From positions 4,473 to 68,472 of the forward strand of contig NMRA01000791.1 of the NCBI GenBank assembly GCA_002633005.1: DNA of 64,000 nt, given 5' to 3'. This document shows, one piece after another, positions 13,312 through 25,812 of this stretch. Positions within the stretch are counted from its first letter, which is position 1, and the number at the start of each line of letters is the position of its first letter. This DNA comes from Phoronis australis. Its lineage: Eukaryota > Animalia > Phoronida. The notes beneath the pieces are model-generated. The model had not been told where the DNA came from, did not search any database, and saw only the letters and a list, made by a program, of their open reading frames with translations. The translations under genes and the position numbers were made by a program.

Positions 13312-14514
13312 TGTTGTTGTGTGCTGCTTCTCCAAGTGCTGTCATCAGCCAGAATGCATCCTCATCGATAATTTCGACCCCTAATCTAGAATCATCTCGG
13401 ATGCCGGGTCCCCGAAGTTGATCAGGCTTCGGTCATCACTTGGAGTGCCACCTGTTGTCTCGCTGTAACCATAACCACGACGACGCCTCTTCAGCAGATC
13501 TCGTCACTGACTGCACCAAATTCTTCCTCGACACTGTGCTGATACCTAGGAACTTCATCAACCTCCACATGCTGCTCCCGATGAAACCTCTGCATCCTAC
13601 TTCGACTGGCATACAAAAACACTTCCAACCAGCTACTGAACAATNNNNNNNNNNNNNNNNNNNNNNNNNNNNNNNNNNNNNNNNNNNNNNNNNNNNNNNN
13701 NNNNNNNNNNNNNNNNNNNNNNNNNNNNNCGCAGGATAAAACTTAATCTGTACTGGTCACATGAAATCAGGTCGTTCGCTGTAATGCGCCTACTGTGAAC
13801 CCCCTCCCATGCTGTCCAGGTGCCCTGCTTTCTCAAACCAACAGCATGAGAAAAGCGCTTCTCCTCTTCCTGATGACGTACTTCTTCTAACACCATAGAA
13901 CGACGCTCTTTCCCTCTAGTTGTCTTCCACCTCTTAAACGGTTTCATGCCAAGGCCTTCACGTCCTCTAGAAACTGCCCCTACTAAATCTTTATGGTTAA
14001 GCCTGCTCTCTGCTGATGCTGCTTCCTCCTCTGGACTCCACTTCCTTCCCGCAAAAACGTCAATCTTTACACCACTGATGTCATCATCTTTCGAGTCCCT
14101 CAGAGTCAGCAAAGTCCTGCACTTAACGACTTTAAACTCTTCCACAATAGATCGTGTAGGTAGGTTTACTGCTGAAGACCTCATGTACAGACCCAACCTG
14201 GTGAAACTTGGCGGGATGCCTAACCACTTGCGCAACCAGCGGCTAACCAAGCGCTCCACCCTCTCCGCTGCTGTAATAGGTAGATCGTACACTGTCAAAG
14301 GCCACATGACCTTTGGGAATAGACCAAACTGGTAACACCACACCTTAAAGCGGCCAGGTAGTCCACACTTATCGATCTTCTGAAGATTTTCCCGTAAACT
14401 TTTCAGCGCTGCTTTTACATGGTCTCCATCCTTCAATGTACTGTCATACTCTTTCCCCAGATACTTCACTGACTTATCAGACACCGAAGGTATCACATCT
14501 TCATCCACCGTCAA
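13312..14514 (-). mobile_element. 5'-truncated non-LTR retrotransposon, restriction-like-endonuclease group (Hero-like)
   Basis: RT thumb (VKYLGKEY, LPGRFKVWCYQFGLFPKVMWPL, LRKWLGIP). After the N gap the C-terminus reads GWKCFCMPVEVGCRGF...AEEASSWLWLQR, with stop at 13436-13438, a short 3' UTR and a CAA-type tail. Confidence 0.85.
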
Positions 14515-16189
14515 CTAATTAAGTTACGCCTTTAGACGTTAATCAACGCTGCAAATAATTACATTATGTCGCATACAATTAATTTATGTCGGTAATAATT
14601 ATCCTTTTACGTTATAAGAGCTACTAACATGTAATTTTCGCAAATATAATTAATTTACAGCGTTGAATAATTAATTTTCTCCACTAATAAGGATTTATTG
14701 AAGAACATAATTTTCGTGTTTGTATCGTTTGCCAAAATATGGGTGAACGTTACGCCCCTTTACACCTCAAATAATTACTATACGCTTATAACAAGAATCA
14801 ACTAATGCACGTACTCTGTTACTGAAGTATTTGTTGATTTGCTTATTTACACAAGAGGGAACAAATACCGCCGCAATACCCGCTGGTTATGTTCTTGCAT
14901 ACATTTTCAAACGTGTTAGCCTTAATATGAATTTTGTTATTGGCTTTTAAAGAATGATTATAGGGTGTGACAGAAAAACTGCACATGAACACGGCAGGGA
15001 ATGGGGAATTGAGGACTCTTCCTACCCAACGTTGGGACAAAACATGTTGTTAATTTCAGCTGTCCATTAGTATTTTAAAATTAGCATTATTTTAATTGCT
15101 TTCAGCGACGTTTATGAAACGATTTAAAAAATCATTGATTCAACACAAATCAAACAAAGTGCCTTAAGTTACATGTACATAGGCGGGTTTAGGGGAATTG
15201 GGGCTGGATAAGGCATGGGAGCAGACGCAAAATTCTTGCAGAACTGATTAACTTCCGACCAAAGGGGGACGTCATTTTGCTGCTAGAATCGCTAATAACA
15301 TGGGGCGTTCCTATCGCCATCTTCCTCCGTATTTTCTTTGTGCTGAGTTTGTTTGTCGTTAGTTTCTCGTATATCACCGATTGGGATGTCAATGGTATTT
15401 GTTGTGAATTTTTTTGTTTAATTCATGAAGACTTCTTACAAGTATTCAGCCCGCATATTTAATATATGTTTTCTTTAATACTGATTTACACTAAAAAGGA
15501 CGGATTCACCCCCGTGTTTCCGGCATTGGCCGCAAAACAACATATACATAAATAGCATTTTTAGTCAACTTTAATGAATTCTTGTGCAAAGAGGTACTTG
15601 ACTTAGATGTTAATTGTCCAACGATTTGTTCTTTCAAACGTTGTCTTTTTAAGGCATCAAAAGTGAGTGAGCTATAGTTCAATGAAGTCTAGGTGCCTCG
15701 TTTTGACAGGAGAGTATTTTTGCATTCTCCAAACTATGCTAATATTTTACAGTGGGAACTAAACAACAATTTGAACATCATCTACGCTAAACAAAGAACA
15801 GTTGTATTCATTCACAACTTGTAAGTGTGAAAACAAAACATTCTGCAAATAGGTGACATTTGCACTAATGACGTACCTTGGAAGCTCACATAACCGGCAT
15901 CATTCAGTGTTATTCCCCAACACCACGTCACGATACATACTGCTGGACACGGTTGAGGGATTTACGGTATACCATTTTCGACACAAAACTTGTTCTTAAA
16001 AATATTTGGCAATTTTCAGCCTACTTCATATTCACATCTTCGCTATGTGGTGTGTTTCCAACTAATTTGGTAGAGCAATCACTAAAATAAGGAATTAGCG
16101 CGTAAGTTCCACTGTAAATCTTCCTACAATGGATTCTTGACCTTTTTGAGATTTTAAACCGTGTATAATAATTTCATAATACAAAGTCT

Positions 16190-17530
16190 AACTGAACATG
16201 CATTTATTTTGGGAAATAATTGAGTAATTTTGAATTTTAAAGAAAAAAATTAAGGTTTTTTGTTTTCCCGGTTCGTGATGTCATTAGCCGCAGAACGTTG
16301 ACAGTATCTATGCAACGGCGGATAATAGTGATTTTTTAAGTTACGAAGACTCAGAGAGCGAGCTTGGCGAGTATGGTGAAGACAGGGAGATAGAGGTGAA
16401 GACGACACTCAGACCATAGGTGAAACATATCGGTAGACTTTGCGTGTTTGAGGCCGTACGAACTCGACCCTCCCGTCTTCGGCGAGTGAAGCCGAGTCGG
16501 AACCTACTCAGTCTGCGGACAGTCCTGATTTTAGAGTGTTAATTAAACCCTTTTAATGAGTCACGATTTAATTTTCTAACCGTTTGATTGTCGAGTAATA
16601 TGTGTCTCGAACTGTAACTCTAACCGTAGATTTTACCCTAACTGTCAAAGCCCAACCGTGTGTAGCGGACTCTGACTTCATTTCTTCGAATGCCGAGTGC
16701 GTTTGTTAGGAACGATCATATCGTATTATAATGATGCTCAATGGATTTTTTTCTGCTAAATCATACTCCTTCTTGTCTTTTCTGTTCCAAAACCAGCCTT
16801 TTACTGTGCTGATTCGTTGATGATTTCGGTCCAATGTAAGATTCCAGCCTCTGTGTCGGTTGTAGTGTGACCTCAAACTATTTGCGTGGCATTTACATAA
16901 CATTTTTTCCATTGGGCATCGACGTGTATGTAGAAAGCATGCATTCCCACATAATCTTGAACAAGAATAGATTGGTGTAAACTTTCTGCAATCACATTCA
17001 TTATCTCAGTCACAATTTGATGCTGAGGCTCGTATTCGATACGCGTTTAACAACAAGGTTCCCAGCAATGGTAGAACACAAATCACTTAATCAAATGCAC
17101 TACCATGTTGGAGAAACCGTCACGAAATCTCTGTTTCTGCGACGGATCGAAGCACGATTATTCAGAATGGGCCGAACACAGTGTAGCCTCTGAATTGAAC
17201 GCCTATTCCAGACCATGTACTGTCATAGCCGTGTCCGATGTACAACATTGTGACATTTATGGGCGATTTTAAGGTCATTTGAAAAGCAAAAAACTGAAGT
17301 ATTTTCTGTCCGATTTCTATTGCACTGCATCCTCCGCACTTGCAAATTTTCATAATACGCAGTCAAACTCGCTTTGGCAAGATAACTACGGCTCGCGACC
17401 GGTGTAGAACAACACAATGGCGGAACCCGGATCCACTGGTTACGTCACAAAAATGATTGTTTTTTAAATTTCTTTTCACTGTTTCTTGATTAAAAGTACT
17501 ACACAAATTGAAGAAGAAATACATGTACTT
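16190..17530. mobile_element. Highly decayed, possibly Kolobok-like element
   Basis: Weak inverted terminal similarity, an acidic ORF remnant (LRPYELD) on + and an AGNL-containing remnant on -. Boundaries approximate. Confidence 0.3.
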
Positions 17531-17653
17531 AAACAGTCGTGCCAAAATTGTTGGTTCAAGTATTTATGACCATGATATGAAGGGTTTAAGGAATAACGAC
17601 ATCACCAGCTGCAGTAGGATCCTTACTGATGCTAATCACTTTTCATGTTCAAG

Positions 17654-17948
17654 CTAAATGACGGTGGGGAATTCATTCTCTACGAGCAAATCTTCAAGAA
17701 CTTCATTCGCAGGAGCTACCGTGTGTACAAACGAGGAATCTATGCTTCGCCGCCTATGTTTGACTTGGCGATTCCTTCCGAGAGTGAGATGGGTTACGGT
17801 CACGTGACGTACGGAGAAGGCGGTGATCCAGCGGAAAGAGACAACTCGACATACACGTATCGTGGAGAACATGACCGAAAGAAGCGGGGAATAAGAGTTC
17901 CTAAATATCTCTGGACAGGGGCTAGGATTCCTTACACCTTCAGGCCAT
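17654..17948 (+). CDS. Astacin exon: prodomain, furin site RKKR, mature N-terminus
   Basis: ttcaag|CTA...CCA T|gtgagt; LNDGGEF...HDRKKR-GIRVPKYLWTGARIPYTF matches the astacin W..xxIPY start. The acceptor is less certain than the donor. Confidence 0.88.
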
Positions 17949-19392
17949 GTGAGTGATTTCGATTCTCTTTTCTCAATGTGTCCATGTGTCAGATAAAAAA
18001 GAAATTTAGAAAAATCGACATAGTCTAACCCTTTTGCTATTTGTGTTTGAACAACAATTAAGTTTTCTTATACTGTTCCGCCGAATTTTCAATAAATCAA
18101 TTGCTTGATACAAAACTTAAAGTCCTTCTCTCACGCGTTGTTAACCCTTATTACATGGTTAGAAGATGTTATAAGGATCCAAGAAGTACCTACCCCATAA
18201 CTAATACACGATCCGTACTCGAAAACAGTTTAAATGAACGCACCACTCACGATTCGCACCCGAAGAAACACCGCCATTTTGAACTTGCCGCGAACCCGGA
18301 AGTACAATTCATTCAGGAACCCAGGCCGAGAAAACGCCGTCAGTGCGACTGGAGCAGTGCCTGTACTGTTACCAGCCAGCAAACGGGGATAAAAAAANNN
18401 NNNNNNNNNNNNNNNNNNNNNNNNNNNNNNNNNNNNNNNNNNNNNNNNNNNNNNNNNNNNNNNNNNNNNNNNNNNNNNNNNNNNNNNNNNNNNNNNNNNN
18501 NNNNNNNNNNNNNNNNNNNNNNNNNNNNNNNNNNNNNNNNNNNNNNNNNNNNNNNNNNNNNNNNNNNNNNNNNNNNNNNNNNNNNNNNNNNNNNNNNNNN
18601 NNNNNNNNNNNNNNNNNNNNNNNNNNNNNNNNNNNNNNNNNNNNNNNNNNNNNNNNNNNNNNNNNNNNNNNNNNNNNNNNNNNNNNNNNNNNNNNNNNNN
18701 NNNNNNNNNNNNNNNNNNNNNNNNNNNNNNNNNNAAAAAAATCAACTACCACTAACTACAAACTATAAATACACTACATATGCAAACGAATCACGATATA
18801 TTACTAATAAAACAAAAATAATGAAGACTTTTCGAGCAAGCCATAGCACATTCAGTTACAAGGAAAAAATGGCGGCGTTCAGGACAAGTTCCTGAACTGA
18901 TGAGCCGGAAATGTGGGTACGGAAATAACCGATGACAACCGGTAATCATACGCTCAGAGAGAAGGGTCAAATACTGTTCAAAAATCGCTTTTGGCAAGAA
19001 AGGCGAAAAGAATATAAAGAAAGGGTGTCGAAAATAAGAATTTATGTAGTAAGTATTTTCGGATACTGGAACCACATGGGCAGTTTGCAAGAAGGACTTT
19101 AAATCTATACTTTTGAAACTGAAATAATGAGGCATAAAAATGCACTAAGTTGAATAGAAGTTCACGTATTCATCTCCAAATATCCTTCAACCCTCATTTG
19201 CAGCTTTTTCATAAAAATTCTTCAATGTCGTTACGATAAACGCTTTTCTTTTGCGTTGTTTTTTTGCAAAGATCAGCTAAGCTAATAACCCTCGACTTCC
19301 CCGGCTGTTTAAAATTAGATACTCGATCCGTTTCACGTCACTTTTGTACAAGTCCCGCTGTAGTCAAGAGGCCCTAATGTGGGAGTATGCAA

Positions 19393-21050
19393 TTGACCTA
19401 TCGCCAGGATTACGACTGACAGCTTAACTGACCAATCAGAATGCAACAATCTTGACACAACTTCGTCTGCGTTTCCAAGCCGCCAAACAATACGTTGTCG
19501 TGTAAAATTTATTTTAGTCTATAGCTCAAGAAATTGCGTGATAAGAATGATGATACGGTGTTGATATGGCGTGTGTAATTCTGACAGCCGATATGCAGAT
19601 CGAGAAGAATATCCCGTCATTTTTGGGCATATCCTAAGCCGAAAAGTGATTTTGAAATTTTTAAACTATGTATCAAACTCTGCGAACGGTCATGTACTGA
19701 CACGAGCGGCTGAACTTAGCAATGTTGCTTCATTACTCGAAGGTTAAATATAAATGGATTTGTTCCAAGATACACACTTTTCAGTTTGGTAGCTACAGTG
19801 TAGGCTTACATGTACATGTATCTGATTTTGACTGCGGAGTTTCACTCGTCTGGGCGCCTTCGTCTCAGCAACTGCTGGATCTCAACGCTATAGTCTAGCG
19901 ATAGTTCTGGAAATTGTTTTTATATTTTTATTATTTTTCAGTTATTTCGACCCATGTACATCGTTTTGGTTAATAGCAGAGGTACATTTTTGCCATTAAT
20001 ATAGCCGTAAGCTGTTGTTTAACAGAACTTTTTTTCCAAAATTGAGATATTCCATCGGCAGAGAGAGGGGCACTGGATTCCTGAACTCAAAGCCTTGTTC
20101 GAGATGTTGTCACGAAAAAATAAACACTTGAATTACTTTTTGATGAGAACCTATAGTATACACATCGCCTGAAGACTTACAGAGAGCTCATTTTGAAGAT
20201 CAAGATGTTAAAACATGATATTTAGATTTATGAAGCTTTAAAGAAAGAATTATTTTTGTAAATAGCCATTTTTGCCACTATACCAAACTTGTCATTTTTT
20301 GTAACCATATGAGTAAAAATAACTGCAAACTACCTTTATGCCGTGAAACTACAAAAACATGTGAAGTTTGTCAGAAGGTAAGTCTAACTTAAATGCCTTA
20401 ATATTGCAATTACGTGCATTAATTTGACTTGGACAGCCCTACACCTACCCGGAGTTAAATGCTTGCCTTGGACAAGATGAGTGAGTACTTGAGCTATAAA
20501 CCTGATTTTTTAAATCGAAATATTTCGTTCGAATGTGAGAAAAGCGTACACAGTGATATGTACCCTACCTAGCTTACTCGAGAGTCCCACGGGCAGTTGT
20601 GATCTACTTTTCATTCGGCGGATTTTAGCAGACGGCAGAATAAAAATATCAGTGAATCTTTACTGGTTTTGTTCGAAAGATCCTAAAATCTATAGCATCG
20701 TAAAAATAATTCGACTTTAAGGTAAATAACCAGCTTTACATGAAAATATTGCATTAATGGCCTTGTCATTTGTCAGGTGAAGGTGAACCCCGTGTGGGGT
20801 TCTTTGGATTCTCGCTGGCTCGAAATACTTTTCCTCGAATACTTATTTTTTCAATGTCACATTTGCGAATTCCTACATCATAAACGTACGCTTGTTTCGT
20901 GAAGAGCATCGCCTGTTGTCTTTGTCGAAGCGTTTTCGGATAATGCAAAAAAACACTCATCGATTCCACCAGGAACGTCGTTTAGCGACAGTGTATTTGC
21001 CTCTGACACCTTGTTTGTTTGTCGGGTGTCACGTGACTATTCGCAAGGCA
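19393..21050 (+). mobile_element. TGACC-terminated non-autonomous TIR element, copy A (right TIR missing)
   Basis: Starts attgacctatcgccaggatt; collinear with copies at 22935 and 43467 over about 1.6 kb. Confidence 0.75.
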
Positions 21051-21614
21051 GTTAATTACAATTTCCGTCACCTCACAGGATTTTGAGTTAGGAGGGAAGG
21101 GGGTAGAACAGAGTATTAGCCAGGATTTTTCCCGTCATATATTCGCACCCCCGAACTGCCAAATGTCATATGGGAGAATTTTAGAGAGGGGCATGGCCCC
21201 CTTAGCCCCTCCCCTAAATCTGCCACTGGCTCAGATAGGTAGCCGGTCTACTCACCAGCTTATCCCCATCGCCGGTTGCGCCTGGCCAACTTATCCCGAT
21301 AAGACCTCCAAAGTTCCCATTCACAGAAGCAAAATTTTACAAAAACAATCGATTTGGTTTAAATAAGAATTTCCCAGAAGTCTCATGGCATACCAATGAG
21401 TCCTCGTTTCCAGGGTTTCTCTTCACCCTGCACTGAATAAACACGGCCACACAACCGCCCCAGTCGAAACGCGGTCTGGTCCTTTTGCAGGTTGAAAATT
21501 GCATCTGAAAAGTGTGGGTGTCTGAACACATCTGCGGTCACTAAAAACACAAAAAGCACAAAGTAGTCAGGCGGGTTTGGCACTATCTTATAGGCACCAC
21601 TGCATTGTCGCAGA

Positions 21615-21770
21615 ACGTTGACGTCATCGCTTTCTGTCCCCACATTCCTCACAGGTTAACGCGACACCTCTCGGCCCCGTGTGGTGGATAGAGCAAGAGG
21701 TGATTCGTACACAGACTAATTAAAATGAAATGAAAAAAACGGAATGAAATCGGTTAGCACATAACTTTAA
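21615..21770. mobile_element. Terminal fragment related to the Kolobok element at 956-2609
   Basis: Shares ttcctcacaggttaacgcgacacctct with about 2491-2518 and ends ctTTAA. Confidence 0.55.
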
Positions 21771-22017
21771 GAATGATATCTACTTTTGTTTTTAGTTGGT
21801 ATACATACGATGCATATAATTCTAGCTTTGGTACATGTGCGTGTATATACAATGGCCGCAGTTTTCATTTTAAATAGTGTAGACCTGGTTGAAATATTCA
21901 AGACCCAATCCTCCTGATGTTACATATCAGCTGTGTTCCGCGATTCTCGAACACTCTAGACGTTAATCATTTGATTCATAAATATACCATTGATACAAAT
22001 ATCGTACTGTATTACAG

Positions 22018-22156
22018 ATAAATTCACATCGGATCAGAAGGCAAAGGTCCTTGCAGGCATTTCAAAGTTGAGACAGACAACATGTTTAAATTCCATTCAC
22101 TATCAGTCTAGCATCCCGAGTGAACCCTTTTTGAAGTTTACAAGAGGAGGAGGTGG
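22018..22156 (+). CDS. Astacin catalytic-domain exon
   Basis: ttacag|AT...GG|gtaagt; phase 1 to 2; YKFTSDQKAKVLAGISKLRQTTCLNSIHYQSSIPSEPFLKFTRGGGG. Confidence 0.9.
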
Positions 22157-22934
22157 GTAAGTAGCGAACGACCACAAGAATCATGTTAAACATGCGATTA
22201 TTTTTGATACTTTCGATTTGTTCAAATCCATTTTCAAATATCATCTCTGACAAACTAGAGGTGATACGTGGCTCATCTACAATAAAAGAATATTTTTAAA
22301 ATTCTGTAATGACGGATTCGCCCAAACTAAATTCTGTCACCTGTTATTATCATGACTTCAAATACATATAAATCCGTTGAGAGATAAAGACGGTTGTTGT
22401 CTCCCAACAACCGTCAACTTCGCCCAAAGTGCTGGTGACGCGTGCTGATTTAGCAGAATTTAGGATTATGCATGTAATACTGCATTGAGTAAACAAATCT
22501 TTCTAATGACTTAGAAAGGACAGGCTGATTAACTACATGGTATTGGCCTGTAGTTTACACAGTTTGTTTTGCCAGACTCTTTAACGATTGGGGTACACAC
22601 AGCACTTTTTGAAATGGGTCAACTGATGAGTTCACTTTCTGATTTGAAGTGGCTATGAAACTCCAGTATAATAAACGAAGGTCTGATACAGAACATTTAC
22701 CGCTATAAAGTTGGTCTCAACTTACGCACGTGAGAAAAGATTTCTAGGTTTGCAATTTGTTATTCTTCGCTTGACAGATAAAATGACACGCCGTTTCAAG
22801 CCAACTTGTTTAACCTGAAATCAAGCAATAATGAGCGGTGAGAGTGCTTTGAGTCCGTGAAGTCGTCTTCCTTTTGACTATGGAGCAATGGGTGTACTTT
22901 CAGAGAGTAATCCGAGTGTTACACTGCCAACAAT

Positions 22935-25437
22935 TGACCTATTGCCAGGTTTATGACTAACGTACGGCTCAATTGACCAATATCAGAACGCATCATTCTT
23001 GACACACCTGCGTTTCGAAGCCGACATTTTGCGCGACAAACAACACGTTGTCGGTTAAGCGTATTTTACTCTGTAGCCCAAACATTGACTGTGAAACAGT
23101 TTTGATATGGCATGTGTAATTCTGACAGCCGTTATAGAGCTCGAGAAGAATATTTCGACCGTCACTTTTTGAGCATTCCCTAAGCCGAAAAGAGATGTCG
23201 ACTGTGTAAATGATGGATCAAACTGTGGACAACCACAGAAGGAATGTTGTTGGGCTGCTCGAAGGTTGAATACAAATAGACTTGTTCCAATATACGTACG
23301 TTTCAGTTTGCTGGCAATAGTGTAGGCATATCTGATTTTGATTCCGGAGTTTCACTCGTCTGAGCGCCTTTGTCTCGGCATCTGCTGGATCCCAACACTA
23401 GTCTAGCGGCGGTCACCGGAAATGGTTGTTGTTAAGCACATTTTCATTATTTTTCATTCATTTTTACAGACTGTACCTATAATGGACAACGTTCTGTTTC
23501 AAAGCACAAGTACATTTTTCGTTATTCGTGTACCCGTAGGCTGGCGTTCAACTGAACTTCTCACCAAAATAGACAGATTCGATCGGCACATGAGGGGAGG
23601 GGCACTAGATTACTGAGCTCAAAGCCTCGTTCGAGTTGTTGTCACGAAAAAAAAAACAGTTGAATCACTTTTTTATGGGAATCCTTAGTATACGCCACGC
23701 CTGTAGAGGTAGGGAGAGCTCATTTTGTTGATGTTCAAATATGATACTTGCATTTATGAAGCTTTAAAAAACAGTTTTAGTTATTTTTGAAAATTACCAC
23801 TTTTTTACTTTGTGCCACTACACCAGACTTGTCAACTTTTGTTACCGTACCACAGCTTAGTGATCATGCTACGTTTACAAATCAAATGAAAGCTACCTAT
23901 ATGCAATTAAACTACAAAAAATATGAAGTTCATCAGAAGGCTGGCTTAACTTAAATGTTTTGTATGGTGCACTGAATTACGGCAACTCCTGACATTAAAG
24001 GCGAAGGCAACCTTTTTTATGTCCTTTTTATTAAAAATAAGGTTTGCTGGTTATCCCATACATATTTTCACCTTAATTACGGGTTTTGTAATTTGATTAA
24101 TTATTCGTTCTATACTCTGGAAGTGACGTTTTGGGAGGCAAGAATTTCCCGCCTATTTCTTTTCGTATAGTCTGACTATGAGAGTTGCCCAGTCAGTCAT
24201 TGTTCTATCTCGCGGTTTTGTAAAGCTCGGTCATCTTGTGCTTTTGTTTACAAGTCAGTCAACATGCCACACTGTTGCTGCATATCGGGATGTACTCATT
24301 ATCGTTCCACGGACAGAGGAACAACTGTCCCACTTGCCCGAGTGTCCGCGACACACTCCCACCGATAGTGACTTGAGCACACAAACTGCTTACACATCGC
24401 CGTGTGACACCCTCGGCCCACACTTGGCACCTTCTAAATTGCTCCAATACTTTAGACAAGTCCACAATAAACTCATCAAAGTTTGGCTCACCGATCTGTT
24501 CATAGAACGACGAACTGTCCTCTTCACTGGGTGTCGAACGGGGCCTGCATTCACTCCCACTACTCAATATCACAGCAGGGCTGCTTACAGGCTTTGGGCC
24601 ATAATGAGTACATCCCGGTAGGCAGCAACATTGCGGCATGTTTACTGACTCTTAAACAAAAGCAAACGACGACTGAACTTATGACAACGGAGGTAGATCT
24701 ATGACTGACTCGTCAACGCTCATATACGGGAAAAAGAAATTGGCGCGAAATCCTTGCCTCCTAAAACGTCACTTCCGGAGTAGAAAACGAATAATTAATC
24801 AAATTACGAAAGCTGTAATTAAGTGGAAAATATGTCTGAGATAATCAACGAACCTTGTTTTTGCTAAAAATGACATGACAATAGGTTGAGTTCGCCTTTA
24901 ATTTGACTTGGATACAGCCCTAGACCTAGGGTAAGATGAGCACATGTATGTGTCTGAGCTACTGTATGAACCTGATTTTAATCAAAATATTTCGCTTGAA
25001 GATTTCCCCGTCATTTTTGACGGACTTTTCATTTGGCGGAATTTAGCAGACGGCAGAAGAAAAATATCGGCGACTCTTCATTGATTTTGTACATACCCAG
25101 CTTAACATGAACATATCGCATCAGTGGCTTTGTCAGTTTTCGAGTGAAGGTGAACCCCGGTGGAATTTCTTCGGAATTTCACTGGCTCCAAAATAGTTTT
25201 CCTCGAACACTTATTTTTTCATCCTCGCCTTAACAAATTCCCATATCACAAACGTACGATTATCAGCTGAAAATTATCAACTGCTTTGTTTGTTGAAGCG
25301 TGTACGGGAAGTGCAAAAAACACCCATCGATTCCACCAGGAACGTCGTTTAGCGACGGTGCATTGGCCTCTGACATCTTGTTTGTTTGTCCGGTGCCAAG
25401 TGACTTTTCGCAAGGGTGCGGAGCTTGCGATAGGTCA
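22935..25437 (+). mobile_element. TGACC-terminated TIR element, copy B, with nested Kolobok
   Basis: TGACCTATTGC...GCGATAGGTCA termini with AT on both sides. Confidence 0.75.
23999..24897 (-). mobile_element. Internally deleted Kolobok DNA transposon
   Basis: AGG...CCT ends, imperfect TIRs of about 170 bp, TTAA TSD (23995-98, 24898-901). Minus ORF has a THAP-like start (CCLPGCTH) and FIVDLSKVLEQFRRC. Confidence 0.8.
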
Positions 25438-25464
25438 ATAGAGGAGTTGCAACCGAATCAATTT

Positions 25465-25812
25465 AACGATTCTGCATGTCCGGAAATCAGGGTGCGCAAA
25501 GGCTATTGGCCATCCACACAGTTTGATCCATCGTTTATACAGTCGACAACACTTTTCGGCATAGGGAATGCCCAAAAAATGACGGCCTGTATTCTTCTCG
25601 AGCTGTCAGAACAACAACCGCTTCATCAACACCGTTTCGACATTCTTATCGCACAATATTTTTAGCTATAAATTAAAATAAGCTTTTCCGACAACGACAT
25701 TGTTTGTCGGGTAAAATGGCGGCTTGGAAAGGCAGACGAAGGTGTTTCAAGTTTCCTGCGTTCTGATTGGTTAGTTAAACCCTCAGTCATAATCGTGGCG
25801 ATAGGTAAATTG
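25465..25812 (-). mobile_element. Inverted partial copy (left arm) of the TGACC element
   Basis: Reverse complement of the element's first ~350 nt, ending cataatcgtggcgataggtaaat. Confidence 0.65.

Noticed and set aside
18101-18895. Long ORFs spanning 18.1-18.9 kb
   Set aside because: Open only because of the N gap.
18270-18895. Possible MITE around the N gap (gaacttg...caagttc)
   Set aside because: The inverted match is short and inconsistent, and the interior is unsequenced.
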